Shown here: positions 16,275 to 25,241 of the stretch, piece by piece | How positions within the stretch are numbered: the stretch's first letter is position 1 | Layout of the letters: each line of letters starts with the position of its first letter | Source of the DNA: Elusimicrobia bacterium GWC2_64_44 | GTDB taxonomy: Bacteria > Elusimicrobiota > Elusimicrobia > Elusimicrobiales > UBA9959 | Reading direction: 5' to 3' | DNA length: 64,000 nucleotides | NCBI GenBank assembly: GCA_001799845.1 | Contig: MGUG01000040.1 | Location: 5,499 to 69,498 of the forward strand | Made by a program: the position numbers and the translations under genes | The notes under the pieces: generated by a model | What the model was told of the DNA's origin: nothing | Seen by the model: the letters and a program-made list of their open reading frames with translations, nothing else | The model's database searches: none

Positions 16275-19184
16275 ATGGATACCGGGCATCTGCACGACTT
16301 CGAGGACATCCTGAAAGAGACCGAGCTGGACTCGGCCAAGATGGTCCTGCGCCTGACCTCCGAGCTCCGCGAGAAGGAGCTGGAGCTGGCGGCCTCGCGC
16401 TCGAAGAGCTTCGACGAGATCCAGCGCAGCAGCAAGGCCAAGGAGGCCGAGTTCGAGGCGCTGATGCGCGCGCAGGAAGACCGCATCGCCAGGCGCGAGC
16501 AGGAGCTGGCCCGCAGCCTGGTGGAGAAGGAATCCGCGCTGTGGCAGAAATACCAGGCCATGCTCGACGACGCCGTGGCGCTCCAGCGCTCTGAGTTCGA
16601 GAACGAACGGGCCCTGCTGAAGAGCGACATCGAAAAAAAAGAGGCCGAGCTGGCCGCGCAGAAAAAGAACCTGCGCCTGGAGATGGAGGGCCTCTTCAAG
16701 AAATGGGAGGCCGAGCGCGAAGCCGATTTCAAGACCGAGCGGGAAACCTTCATAGAGGAGCTGAAGCTGGGGCGCGAGACCGCCAAGAAAGAGGCGCTCG
16801 AGCGGGCCCGGCAGATGGAGGAACTCTGGCGCCAGAAGCTCTCCCAGCAGGAGGCCGACTACCACAGCCGCGAGGCGCTCTCCGCCGAGGAGATCCGCAG
16901 CCAGATGCGCCGCGAGCGCGTCGAGGAACTCAAGGCCGTCAACGACCGCCTGAACGCCGAGTATTCCAAGCGCGAGCAGGAGCTCTACGCCCACTACGCC
17001 TCCTGGCTCGAGGAGAACAAGCGGCTCATCGAAGACAAGTACGCCCGCCGCATGGAGGCCTCCGCCTCCGAGTACCGCGACCGGACCGCCCGCCTGGAAG
17101 ACGCGCTGGCCAAGACCCGGCAGGAGCTGGAGGCGCGCGAGCGCGCCTGGGAAGAGAAGTACGCCGAACTTAAGAAATTTTTCACGGACAAGGAAGCCGG
17201 CCTGGCCGTCGCCGAGAAGGACCTGCAGGCCCAATACCTCGGGCGCGAGCGCGAGCTGGGCGAGCGGCACGCGCTGCTGGAGCGCGAGCTGAAAGAAGAC
17301 GCCGCCCGGCGCCGCGACGCGCTGCTTAAGAAGGAGAAGGCGCTTGAGCAGCAGTTCGCCAACAACCTGGCCGAGTTCGCCGCGGAGACCGAGCGCCGCC
17401 TGCATACCATCGAGCAGCGCGAGGGAGAGCTGGCGCGCCAGCGCGAGGAGACCACCCGGCTCCGCTCCCAGATAGGCGAGCTGCTGGCCCAGAAGCAGCA
17501 GGAGCTGGAGCGCACCTTCGAGGAGCGCAGCTCGCTGCTGCGCCAGTCGCTCGAGGAATCCTACAAGATCAAAGAGCTCAGCCTCGCCAAGAAATACGAA
17601 GAGGTGGAGCAGCAGTACGCCCTGCTGAACGCCCAGAAGGACGCCGCGCTGGCCAAGGCGGAGTCGCTGGCCCAGGACGCGGCGCGCCTGCGCGAGGCGC
17701 TGGCCTCGCGCGACTCCGAGACCCGCGGCGCCATAGAGGCCGAACGCCTGCGCCTGGAGGCCGACCTGCGGCGCTCCGAGGAGCAGCTGCAGGCCCGCGC
17801 CGACAAGCTCAAGCAGGACGCCATCAACCGCGAGGAGGCGCTGCGCGCCGAATACGCCGACAGGGTGCAGGCCGAGGCGGGGCGCCTGGCCGCGCAGCTC
17901 AGGATCAAGGAAGAGGCGCTGGAAAAAGAGCGCACCGCCCTCAACGCCCGTGCCGCCGAGATGGAGGGCCGCTTCCTCGAGGCCCTGAAGGCCCGCGAAG
18001 ACGAGGTCACCGAGAATTTCCGCCGCCACACCGAGGCCCTCAAGGCCCAGGCCGAAGCGGCCAGGCGCGCGTGGGAGGAGGAGAAGGCCGCCCTGACCGC
18101 CGCCGCCGCCGAGAACTCCGAAAAGACCCGCGCCGAGGAGTACGGCACCGCCGCCCGGCGCGAAGAAGAGCTGAAGAACTTTTACGAGGCCCGCGAGAAA
18201 GAGCTGCGCGCCGCCGCCGCGGCTTCGGCCGCCGCCGCGGAGCGGATGCTGGCCGAAACCTACGCCGTCAAGGAGCAGGACCTCCAGGGGCGCGTCAAGG
18301 CCCTCTCTGAAAGCCTGGACCGCGCCAACGCCGAGCACGCCTCCTCCGCGGCCGGGCTCTCGGCCGTGAGGGACGAAATGAAGCTGATGGGCACCCGCCT
18401 GGAAGAGAGCGAGCGCGAGCGCCAGAAGCTGATCCAGGAGAACCTGACCAAGGCGCGCGACCTGCGGCAGACCCTGGAGAAAGAATTCCTGGAGAAGATC
18501 AAGGATATCGAGCAGAACTACCTGGCCCAGCTCACCGACCTCTCCAAGCGCTCCGACGAGGCGCGCCGCGCGGACCAGGACGAGTATTTCCGCAAGCTGC
18601 AGTACGTCAAGGACGACTTCGGCGCGCGGCTGGCCGCGCAGTCCAAGGAGATCGAGGCCTCCTACCTCGGGCGGGAACGGTCCATGTCGGCCGCGCTCGA
18701 CAGCGCCTATAAGCTCAAGGAGAAAGCGCTGGAGGCCCGACAGGCCCAGCTGGAGAACAGCTACCAGGCGATGCTCTCGGAGAAGTCCGCGACCATCGAC
18801 ACCGACCGCGAGCTGGCCTCCAGCGTGGGCCGGCTGCGCGACGAGCTGGAGCAGAAGAACCGCCAGCTCAAGGAGACCATCGCCTCCTACAACTCCCGGC
18901 TGGAAGAGCTGGAGGGCAAGCTGCGCTCCGACCACGAAGCCCGCAAGAAGGACCTGGAGGACGGCCACCGCATGCGCGCCGCCCAGCTGGAGGCCGAGCG
19001 GAGCAAGCTCAAGGGCCTGCTCGAGCAGGAGCAGCGCCTTGTCACCGACCTGCAGAAGCGCGAAGCGGCGCTGCAGGAGGGCTACGCCGCGCGCGAGGCG
19101 GAGCTGGCCCGCCGCTTCAAAGAGGCGCGCGAGCGCCTGGAAAAAGATTACCAGGACAAGCTCAAAGACCAGAAGGGCAAATAG
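16275..19184 (+). CDS. giant coiled-coil protein 2 (969 aa), same composition
   Basis: Starts 6 nt after the upstream stop. No Pro seen in the translation. Same [RK]E-x-[EA]L...[YFW] module. Confidence 0.85.
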   Translation: MDTGHLHDFEDILKETELDSAKMVLRLTSELREKELELAASRSKSFDEIQRSSKAKEAEFEALMRAQEDRIARREQELARSLVEKESALWQKYQAMLDDAVALQRSEFENERALLKSDIEKKEAELAAQKKNLRLEMEGLFKKWEAEREADFKTERETFIEELKLGRETAKKEALERARQMEELWRQKLSQQEADYHSREALSAEEIRSQMRRERVEELKAVNDRLNAEYSKREQELYAHYASWLEENKRLIEDKYARRMEASASEYRDRTARLEDALAKTRQELEARERAWEEKYAELKKFFTDKEAGLAVAEKDLQAQYLGRERELGERHALLERELKEDAARRRDALLKKEKALEQQFANNLAEFAAETERRLHTIEQREGELARQREETTRLRSQIGELLAQKQQELERTFEERSSLLRQSLEESYKIKELSLAKKYEEVEQQYALLNAQKDAALAKAESLAQDAARLREALASRDSETRGAIEAERLRLEADLRRSEEQLQARADKLKQDAINREEALRAEYADRVQAEAGRLAAQLRIKEEALEKERTALNARAAEMEGRFLEALKAREDEVTENFRRHTEALKAQAEAARRAWEEEKAALTAAAAENSEKTRAEEYGTAARREEELKNFYEAREKELRAAAAASAAAAERMLAETYAVKEQDLQGRVKALSESLDRANAEHASSAAGLSAVRDEMKLMGTRLEESERERQKLIQENLTKARDLRQTLEKEFLEKIKDIEQNYLAQLTDLSKRSDEARRADQDEYFRKLQYVKDDFGARLAAQSKEIEASYLGRERSMSAALDSAYKLKEKALEARQAQLENSYQAMLSEKSATIDTDRELASSVGRLRDELEQKNRQLKETIASYNSRLEELEGKLRSDHEARKKDLEDGHRMRAAQLEAERSKLKGLLEQEQRLVTDLQKREAALQEGYAAREAELARRFKEARERLEKDYQDKLKDQKGK

Positions 19185-19213
19185 CCCCACCTCCCCGCGC
19201 GCGGGGCCCGGAG

Positions 19214-19258
19214 AAAAATCACGGCGGCAGGCAGTAAGTTTCCCGTCGTGATTTTTTT
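19214..19258 (+). terminator. candidate terminator after the coiled-coil operon
   Basis: aaaaatcacg...cgtgattttt stem with a long loop, then a T-run. Confidence 0.5.
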
Positions 19259-19334
19259 ATTTCCCGAAATATTTGTATATAATTTTACTGCGCAGATTTG
19301 CGCGGTGTTTTATTACTATAAGGCGGTGCGACCA

Positions 19335-20795
19335 ATGATGAAAAAATTCGACAAAAAGATACTCTTCGTAGGCTACGGTTCGGTGGCGCAGTGCGCCCTG
19401 CCGATGCTCTTCAAGCTGATCAAGGTGCCCGCGAAGAACATCACCGTTATGGATTTCGAGGACAAGCGCGAAGCGCTCAAGCCCATGCTGGCCAAGGGCG
19501 TGAAGTACGTGCGCGAGCAGGTGACGCAGAAGAACATGGGCGCGCTCCTGGGCAAATACCTGAAGGCCGGCGACATGCTGATAGACCTGGCCTGGAACAT
19601 AGACGCCTGCGAGATCCTGCAGTGGTGCCACGACCGCGGTGTGCTCTACATCAACACCTCCACCGAGCTGTGGGACCCCTACGCCGGCGCCGAGGACAAG
19701 CACCCCACCGAACGCACCCTGTACGTGCGCCACATGGCGATGCGCAAGATGATAGCCAAGTGGAAGACCCCCGGCCCGACCGCCGTCATCGAGCACGGCG
19801 CCAACCCCGGCCTGATCTCCCACTTCGCCAAGAAGGGCCTGCTCGACATCGCCGAGAACCTGCTCGCCGACCGTAAGGTGAAGGGCGCCAAGGCGGAAAA
19901 ACTGCGCCAGCTGGTCAAGGACCAGACTTTCAACGAGCTGTCCCAGGCCGTGGGCGTGAAGGTCATCCACGTCAGCGAGCGCGACACCCAGATCACCAAC
20001 AAGCCGAAGCTCGTCAACGAGTTCGTCAACACCTGGAGCGTGGAAGGCTTCCGCGAGGAGGGCGTGGCGCCGGCCGAGCTGGGCTGGGGCACGCACGAAA
20101 AGACCCTCCCCCCGTTCGCCTGCGAGCACAAGAGCGGCCCGAAGAACCAGATCTGCATCGCCCGCATGGGCATGAACACCTGGATCAGCACCTGGGTGCC
20201 CGACTACTGCATCCACGGCATGCTGGTGCGCCACGGCGAGGCCTTCACCCTCAGCGACAAGCTGACCGTGTGGAAGAACGGCAAAGCCGCCTACCGGCCC
20301 ACCGTGCACTACGCCTACTGCCCGTCGGACTCCGCCATCGCCTCCCTCAACGAGCTGCGCGGCTACGACTTCAAGCTGCAGCCCAAGCTCCGCATCCTCG
20401 GCGACGAGATCATCAGCGGCTACGACACCCTCGGCACCCTGCTGATGGGCCACGACTACAACGCCTGGTGGACCGGCACCATCCTGGACATCCACGAGAG
20501 CCGCAAGCTCATCCCGCACCAGAACGCCACCACTATCCAGGTGGCCATAGGCGTGCTGTCGGCCGCCATGTGGATGATGGACAACCAGGGCGAGGGCGTC
20601 TGCGTGCCCGACGACCTGCCGCACGAGTATGTCCTCAAGATCGCCAAGCCCTGGCTGGGCAAGCTGCACTCGGCGAAGTCCGACTGGACGCCGCTGAAGC
20701 ATTACACCAACGCCTTCAAGGGCTTCAACAACCCCCAGGTGGACAGGAAGGACCCGTGGCAGTTCAAGAACTTCCTGATCACGGACGGCGATTAA
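19335..20795 (+). CDS. hss: homospermidine synthase
   Basis: Start at MMKKFDKKILFVGYGSVAQ (Rossmann). ERDTQ, FVNTWSVEGF, PAELGWGTHE, DWTPL and DPWQFKNF match bacterial Hss as recalled. Confidence 0.85.
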   Translation: MMKKFDKKILFVGYGSVAQCALPMLFKLIKVPAKNITVMDFEDKREALKPMLAKGVKYVREQVTQKNMGALLGKYLKAGDMLIDLAWNIDACEILQWCHDRGVLYINTSTELWDPYAGAEDKHPTERTLYVRHMAMRKMIAKWKTPGPTAVIEHGANPGLISHFAKKGLLDIAENLLADRKVKGAKAEKLRQLVKDQTFNELSQAVGVKVIHVSERDTQITNKPKLVNEFVNTWSVEGFREEGVAPAELGWGTHEKTLPPFACEHKSGPKNQICIARMGMNTWISTWVPDYCIHGMLVRHGEAFTLSDKLTVWKNGKAAYRPTVHYAYCPSDSAIASLNELRGYDFKLQPKLRILGDEIISGYDTLGTLLMGHDYNAWWTGTILDIHESRKLIPHQNATTIQVAIGVLSAAMWMMDNQGEGVCVPDDLPHEYVLKIAKPWLGKLHSAKSDWTPLKHYTNAFKGFNNPQVDRKDPWQFKNFLITDGD

Positions 20796-20843
20796 CGATT
20801 CGGCAAACTAAAAAATCGGTACGGAGGAAGACCAGACAAAAGT

Positions 20844-21992
20844 ATGATCACAAAGAAACAGATGCAGGACCTAGCCAAGAAGCACGGTACGCCGCTCTTC
20901 ATCGTGGACCACGATGAGATCCGCAAGAACTACGCGAAGTTCAGGAAGTACCTGCCGCGCGTCCAGGCCTATTACGCGGTCAAGTGCGAGCCGATGCCGG
21001 AAATAGTCCGGACGCTCTACAAGGCCGGCGCCAGCTTCGACGTGGCTTCCATGCCCGAGTTCAAGATAGTTCACGAGAACATCAAGGGCATGCCGGACAA
21101 GAAGCGCCAGGACTGGATCTGGGACAAGATCATCTACGCCAACCCGATAAAGCCGCACGAGACGCTGGTGGAGCTGGACAAGTACCGCCCGCTGGTCACG
21201 TTCGACAACCTCGAAGAGATCAAAAAGATAAAGAAGTACGCCCCGCACGCCGGCCTGTGCCTGCGCATCCGCGTGTCCAACACCGGCGCCCAGGTGGAGC
21301 TCTCCTCCAAGTTCGGCGCCTCGCCCGGCGAGGCCGTGGACCTCATCCTCGAGGCCGTCAGGCAGGGCCTCGGCGTGGAGGGCCTGAGCTTCCACGTGGG
21401 CAGCCAGACCACCAACTTCGAGAACTTCGTACAGGCCATCAACACGGCCGCCGACATCTTCGCCGAGGCCAAGAGCCGCGGCTACGACAAGATGAACGTG
21501 CTCGATATCGGCGGCGGCTTCCCGGCCCCGTACGACGCCTCCGTGAAGCCCTTCGAGGAGCTGGCCCGCAAGATCAACGCGGAGCTGGACCGCCTGTTCC
21601 CGGACCCTTCGATCGAGATCCTGGCCGAGCCGGGCCGCTTCATGATCGCCACCGCCGGCACCTCGGTGGTGCGCATCAACGGCAAGGCCGTGCGCGACGG
21701 CAAGACCTGCTACTACGTCAACGACGGCGCCTACCACAGCTACTCGGGCATCATCTTCGACCACCAGCACTGCCACATGCACGCCTTCCGCAAGGGCAAG
21801 AAGACGGAGATCTGCGGCGTGTTCGGCCCCACCTGCGACGCGCTGGACGTGATCTCGATGTCCGAGAACCTGCCCACGGACCTGCAGCTGGGCGAGCTGA
21901 TGTACAGCGTCAACATGGGCGCGTACAGCCACGCGTCCTCCACCTGGTTCAACGGCTTCCCGCCCGCGAAAGTGGTGCACGTGAACAAGTAA
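20844..21992 (+). CDS. PLP-dependent ornithine (or Lys/Orn) decarboxylase, alanine-racemase fold
   Basis: YAVKCEP Lys motif; GAYSHASSTWFNGF C-terminal motif typical of eukaryote-type ODC. Confidence 0.85.
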   Translation: MITKKQMQDLAKKHGTPLFIVDHDEIRKNYAKFRKYLPRVQAYYAVKCEPMPEIVRTLYKAGASFDVASMPEFKIVHENIKGMPDKKRQDWIWDKIIYANPIKPHETLVELDKYRPLVTFDNLEEIKKIKKYAPHAGLCLRIRVSNTGAQVELSSKFGASPGEAVDLILEAVRQGLGVEGLSFHVGSQTTNFENFVQAINTAADIFAEAKSRGYDKMNVLDIGGGFPAPYDASVKPFEELARKINAELDRLFPDPSIEILAEPGRFMIATAGTSVVRINGKAVRDGKTCYYVNDGAYHSYSGIIFDHQHCHMHAFRKGKKTEICGVFGPTCDALDVISMSENLPTDLQLGELMYSVNMGAYSHASSTWFNGFPPAKVVHVNK

Positions 21993-22016
21993 CCCGGGCC
22001 GCAGGGCCCCAAAAAA

Positions 22017-22049
22017 TACCGCGGCCCGCAAGGTCCGCGGTATTTTTTT
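22017..22049 (+). terminator. rho-independent terminator
   Basis: taccgcgg-N10-ccgcggta followed by T7. Confidence 0.75.
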
Positions 22050-22065
22050 ATCGCTCCTTAAGTCC

Positions 22066-22194
22066 AGGCTGGCGGGGGGATACCTTCTCCGGGTACGCTC
22101 GGGCACACCGTGCCCTCGCTCTGTCAGCTCGGCCCTCGCGCTACGCAAGCTCGGGCCTCGTGAGGCCCCTGCGAAGGCACCCCCCCGCCAGCCT
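22066..22194. other. structured intergenic element closed by a 14-bp perfect inverted repeat
   Basis: AGGCTGGCGGGGGG (22066-22079) pairs with CCCCCCGCCAGCCT (22181-22194). Internal hairpins gggcac-acc-gtgccc and gggcct-cgtg-aggccc. Confidence 0.4.
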
Positions 22195-22221
22195 CGAGGC
22201 TTAGCTAAGCGCCAGATTTAA

Positions 22222-22227
22222 TATAAT
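22222..22227 (+). promoter_or_regulatory. -10 TATAAT, 6 nt before the pdaD ATG (leaderless geometry)
   Basis: TATAAT-ttaact-ATG; no SD. Confidence 0.45.
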
Positions 22228-22233
22228 TTAACT

Positions 22234-22785
22234 ATGTCCTTTAACCTCGTACCCAAAGAAGTTTTTTTGACCAAGGGCCTCGGCCGCCACAAAGAAAAAC
22301 TGGCGAGCTTCGAGGAGGCCCTGCGGGACGCCAAGATAGCCAAGTATAATCTTGTGCACGTCTCCAGCATCTTCCCCCCCTACTGCAAGGTCATCCCCGC
22401 CAAGAAGGGCATAGAGAAGCTGCATGACGGCCAGATAGTGCACTGCGTCCTGAGCCGCAACGCCATCAACGAGAACCACCGGCTGATAGCCTCCTCGGTG
22501 GGGCTGGCCGTGCCCAAGGACAAGTCCCATTACGGCTACATCTCCGAGCACCACACTTTCGGCGAGACCGACGAGAAGACCGGCGACTACGCCGAAGACC
22601 TGGCGGCCATGATGTTATCAACCATCCAGGGCGTGGAGTTCGGCAGCGACACCACCTGGGACCAGAAGGAAGAGCTCTGGAAGCTCAGCGGCAAGATCGT
22701 GCGCGCCGCCAACGTCACCCAGTCCGCGATAGGCACCGAGGGCGTCTGGACCACCACCGTGGCCGCCGCCGTCTTCCTGTTCTAA
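22234..22785 (+). CDS. pdaD: pyruvoyl-dependent arginine decarboxylase
   Basis: VPKEVFLTKGLGRHKEKLASFEEALRDAKIAKYNLVHVSSI, including the self-cleaving Ser-Ser site. Confidence 0.85.
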   Translation: MSFNLVPKEVFLTKGLGRHKEKLASFEEALRDAKIAKYNLVHVSSIFPPYCKVIPAKKGIEKLHDGQIVHCVLSRNAINENHRLIASSVGLAVPKDKSHYGYISEHHTFGETDEKTGDYAEDLAAMMLSTIQGVEFGSDTTWDQKEELWKLSGKIVRAANVTQSAIGTEGVWTTTVAAAVFLF

Positions 22786-22844
22786 CCCGGGCCGCTACGC
22801 GACGGGGCCCCGCGGGGCCCGCTTACCGCCAGGAAGAGGCGCAT

Positions 22845-23705
22845 ATGAAATTCAAACCGGCTAAAAAGCAATTCATGTTCGGCGAACTGTCCGGCCCCGA
22901 AGGGGCGGCCTTCGTCATCCTGCCCGTGCCGTACGAGAGGACCGTCTCCTACGGCAAGGGCACAGGCCGCGGCCCGGGCGCGATCATAGACGCCTCCTGG
23001 CAGCTCGAGCTCTGGGACGAGGAGCTCAAGACCGAGACCTGCCGCCGCGGCATCTTTACCGCGGCGCCGGTGAACTGCGCGCTGCCGGAAGGAAAATTCT
23101 TCCCGCACCTGGAGAAGACCGTGGAGGGGCTGCTCTCCTCAACCAAGGCCCTGCCTTTCTTCATAGGCGGCGAGCACAGCGTGACGCAGGCCCTGCTGCC
23201 GCCCTTCATCCGCCGTCACAAGGACCTTTCCATCCTGCACTTCGACGCGCACGCCGACCTGCGCGTGTCCTACCACGGCAACCGCCGCAGCCACGCCTGC
23301 GCCGTGTACCCCGCCTCCCGCACCAACCGCGTGGTGCAGGTGGGCATCCGCAGCGTGGGCCACGACGAGAAACAGTTCCATAACGCCGGCAACGTGATCA
23401 CCCACCTGATGCACGAGAACCTGGACCTCAAAAAACTGGAGCGCCAGGTCTTGCGGGAGCTGACGGACACCGTCTACCTTACCATCGACGTGGACGGCTT
23501 TGACCCGTCGGTCATGCCGGGCACGGGCACGCCGCAGCCCGGAGGCTTCGGCTGGTACGAGGCCCTGCGCCTCTTCAAGGCCGTCTGCGCGGCCAAGAAA
23601 GTGGTGGGAGTGGACGTGGTAGAGACCGCCCCGGTCAAGGGCTCCAACGTCTCCGAGCTGACCGCGGCCAAGCTGGTCTACCGCCTGATGGGCTACCTGG
23701 CCTGA
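22845..23705 (+). CDS. speB: agmatinase (arginase fold)
   Basis: GGEHS, HFDAHADLR, DVDGFDPSVMPGTGTP metal-ligand motifs. Confidence 0.85.
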   Translation: MKFKPAKKQFMFGELSGPEGAAFVILPVPYERTVSYGKGTGRGPGAIIDASWQLELWDEELKTETCRRGIFTAAPVNCALPEGKFFPHLEKTVEGLLSSTKALPFFIGGEHSVTQALLPPFIRRHKDLSILHFDAHADLRVSYHGNRRSHACAVYPASRTNRVVQVGIRSVGHDEKQFHNAGNVITHLMHENLDLKKLERQVLRELTDTVYLTIDVDGFDPSVMPGTGTPQPGGFGWYEALRLFKAVCAAKKVVGVDVVETAPVKGSNVSELTAAKLVYRLMGYLA

Positions 23706-23722
23706 GCCGGCCGGCCAAAAAG

Positions 23723-23757
23723 AAAAACCGCGGAGCGATCCGCGGTTTTTCTGTTTT
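23723..23757. terminator. bidirectional rho-independent terminator
   Basis: aaaaaccgcgga-gcga-tccgcggttttt. Confidence 0.7.
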
Positions 23758-23767
23758 CCCCCGGCGT

Positions 23768-24058
23768 TCAGAGCGCGCCGTGGAGCCAGGGCACCTCGGC
23801 CCGGGCGGCGGCGATGGCCGCGTCCATGGAAGGGTATTCCTCCACGTGGCCGTGCTTCATGGGGATCCAGCACTCCTCCACGCCCTTGTTGTCATAGACC
23901 TCCTCGCGGAAGCCGTAGACGCCGTCCTCCTGACGGTGAAAAAAACAGACGCGATGCTTGCCGTCCGGCGCGTGCACGGTCCTCGCCAGCACCACGGTGC
24001 CGCCTCCGGGAGTGCCGGCGAACATCTCTGTAAGGAATTTCAGTATCTTTTCAAGCAT
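23768..24058 (-). CDS. hypothetical small protein (96 aa)
   Basis: ORF with GGGAGG RBS; no recognisable motif. Confidence 0.5.
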   Translation of the reverse strand: MLEKILKFLTEMFAGTPGGGTVVLARTVHAPDGKHRVCFFHRQEDGVYGFREEVYDNKGVEECWIPMKHGHVEEYPSMDAAIAAARAEVPWLHGAL

Positions 24059-24115
24059 CGGGGCCTCCCGAATTTGACAATTCCACGCCCCCGGGAAAGT
24101 GCGCGTGAACCCACA

Positions 24116-25225
24116 CTAGAAAGTATCGAGTTTGTCGAACTCCGACACTTTTTTCTTTTCCAGCAAATGCGCCAGGTCGCGGCTGTAGGCGAACGGCCCC
24201 TTGGGCCAGCCCAGCCCCAGCTTCACCGCCGTCTCGATATCGTACTCGGAGGCCATGATCTCCGCGGCCAGCAGCTTCGCCTCCTCCACCACCGGCCGCA
24301 TCAGGTCCCCGAAGAGCTCCTCTTTGAAGGTCTTCTTCAGGCCCAGGTACTTGACCAGGTTCGGCAGTATCGGGTTCTCCCCCACTATGCGCCCGTCCTC
24401 GTAAATATAGAAGCCTATGGTGGCCTTGCGGCCCAGCTGGCCGTACTGCACCAGGCGCAGCTGCGTGGCCGAGGGGGCCAGCCGCTCCGGCGAGCCCAGC
24501 GCGGCGTGGATGGCCTCGGTGGCCGCGCAGTCGGTGTCGAGGCCGGAGAAGTCGGCCATCTCGAACGGGCCCATCGCCGCGCCCGAGACCTCTTTGAAGG
24601 CGGCGTCTATCTCGTGCGGGTAGCCCTTGCCCGCGTCCAGCAGGCGCAGCGCCGCCAGGATAAAGGGCCGGCTCAGGCGCTCCACTATCTGGCCCGGGTT
24701 ATCCTTGGTGATGACCGGCGTCTTGCCGATCTTGCGCAGCAGGCCGGCCGCGGCCTCCAGGTACTCGTCCGACGTGTGGTCGGTGCGCACCACCTCCACC
24801 AGCTGGTTGGAGCGCACCGGATCTATGAAATGGAAGCCCAGCGTCCTGTCTTTGGGCAGCTCGGCGTACTCTATCAGCTCCGACAACGGCGCCACCGAGC
24901 AGCGCGCGGCTACCACGCAGCGGGAGTCCAGGTGGGGGCGCAGCTTGGCGAAGAAGAGCTTGCGCTCGTCGGCCGATCTGGCGGAGGCCTCTATCACGAT
25001 GTCGGCCCCGTTGAACTTGGAGAGGTCCTGCACCCCCTCGATATTGGCCAGCAGCTCTTCCCTGCCGGCCAGCTTGAGCGACCAGGAGATCTTGGCCAGC
25101 GCCACGCCGAGGCTGTCCTTGAAGTCGTCGTAGAGGCGCACCTGGAAGCCGTTCTTCACGAACAGCTCCGCCGCCCCCGCCCCGGTGGTGTCGGAGCCCA
25201 TGATGCCCACAGCGTTGATTTCCAT
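24116..25225 (-). CDS. 3-hydroxyacyl-CoA dehydrogenase family protein
   Basis: N-terminal Rossmann-like VGIMGSDTTGAGAAELFVKNGFQVRLYDD; HFIDPVRSNQLVEVV and C-terminal dimerisation-domain pattern. Confidence 0.7.
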   Translation of the reverse strand: MEINAVGIMGSDTTGAGAAELFVKNGFQVRLYDDFKDSLGVALAKISWSLKLAGREELLANIEGVQDLSKFNGADIVIEASARSADERKLFFAKLRPHLDSRCVVAARCSVAPLSELIEYAELPKDRTLGFHFIDPVRSNQLVEVVRTDHTSDEYLEAAAGLLRKIGKTPVITKDNPGQIVERLSRPFILAALRLLDAGKGYPHEIDAAFKEVSGAAMGPFEMADFSGLDTDCAATEAIHAALGSPERLAPSATQLRLVQYGQLGRKATIGFYIYEDGRIVGENPILPNLVKYLGLKKTFKEELFGDLMRPVVEEAKLLAAEIMASEYDIETAVKLGLGWPKGPFAYSRDLAHLLEKKKVSEFDKLDTF

Positions 25226-25241
25226 CGTTAAGTCCCCGGCG

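Noticed and set aside
13122-19190. Very long antisense ORFs (13122..15431, 769 aa; 15846..19190, 1114 aa) and out-of-frame sense ORFs across the coiled-coil genes.
   Set aside because: Their translations are Gly/Leu/Ala/Arg/Pro low-complexity strings, typical of the opposite strand or shifted frames of GAG/GCC/CGC/CTG-rich coding DNA. The plus-strand frames have RBS, ATG and coherent heptad-like sequence.
19193-19206. 14-nt perfect GC palindrome CCCCGCGCGCGGGG right after the second coiled-coil gene.
   Set aside because: It has no loop and no U-tract. Such palindromes arise easily in GC-rich DNA, and the A5...T7-flanked stem at 19214-19258 is a better terminator candidate.
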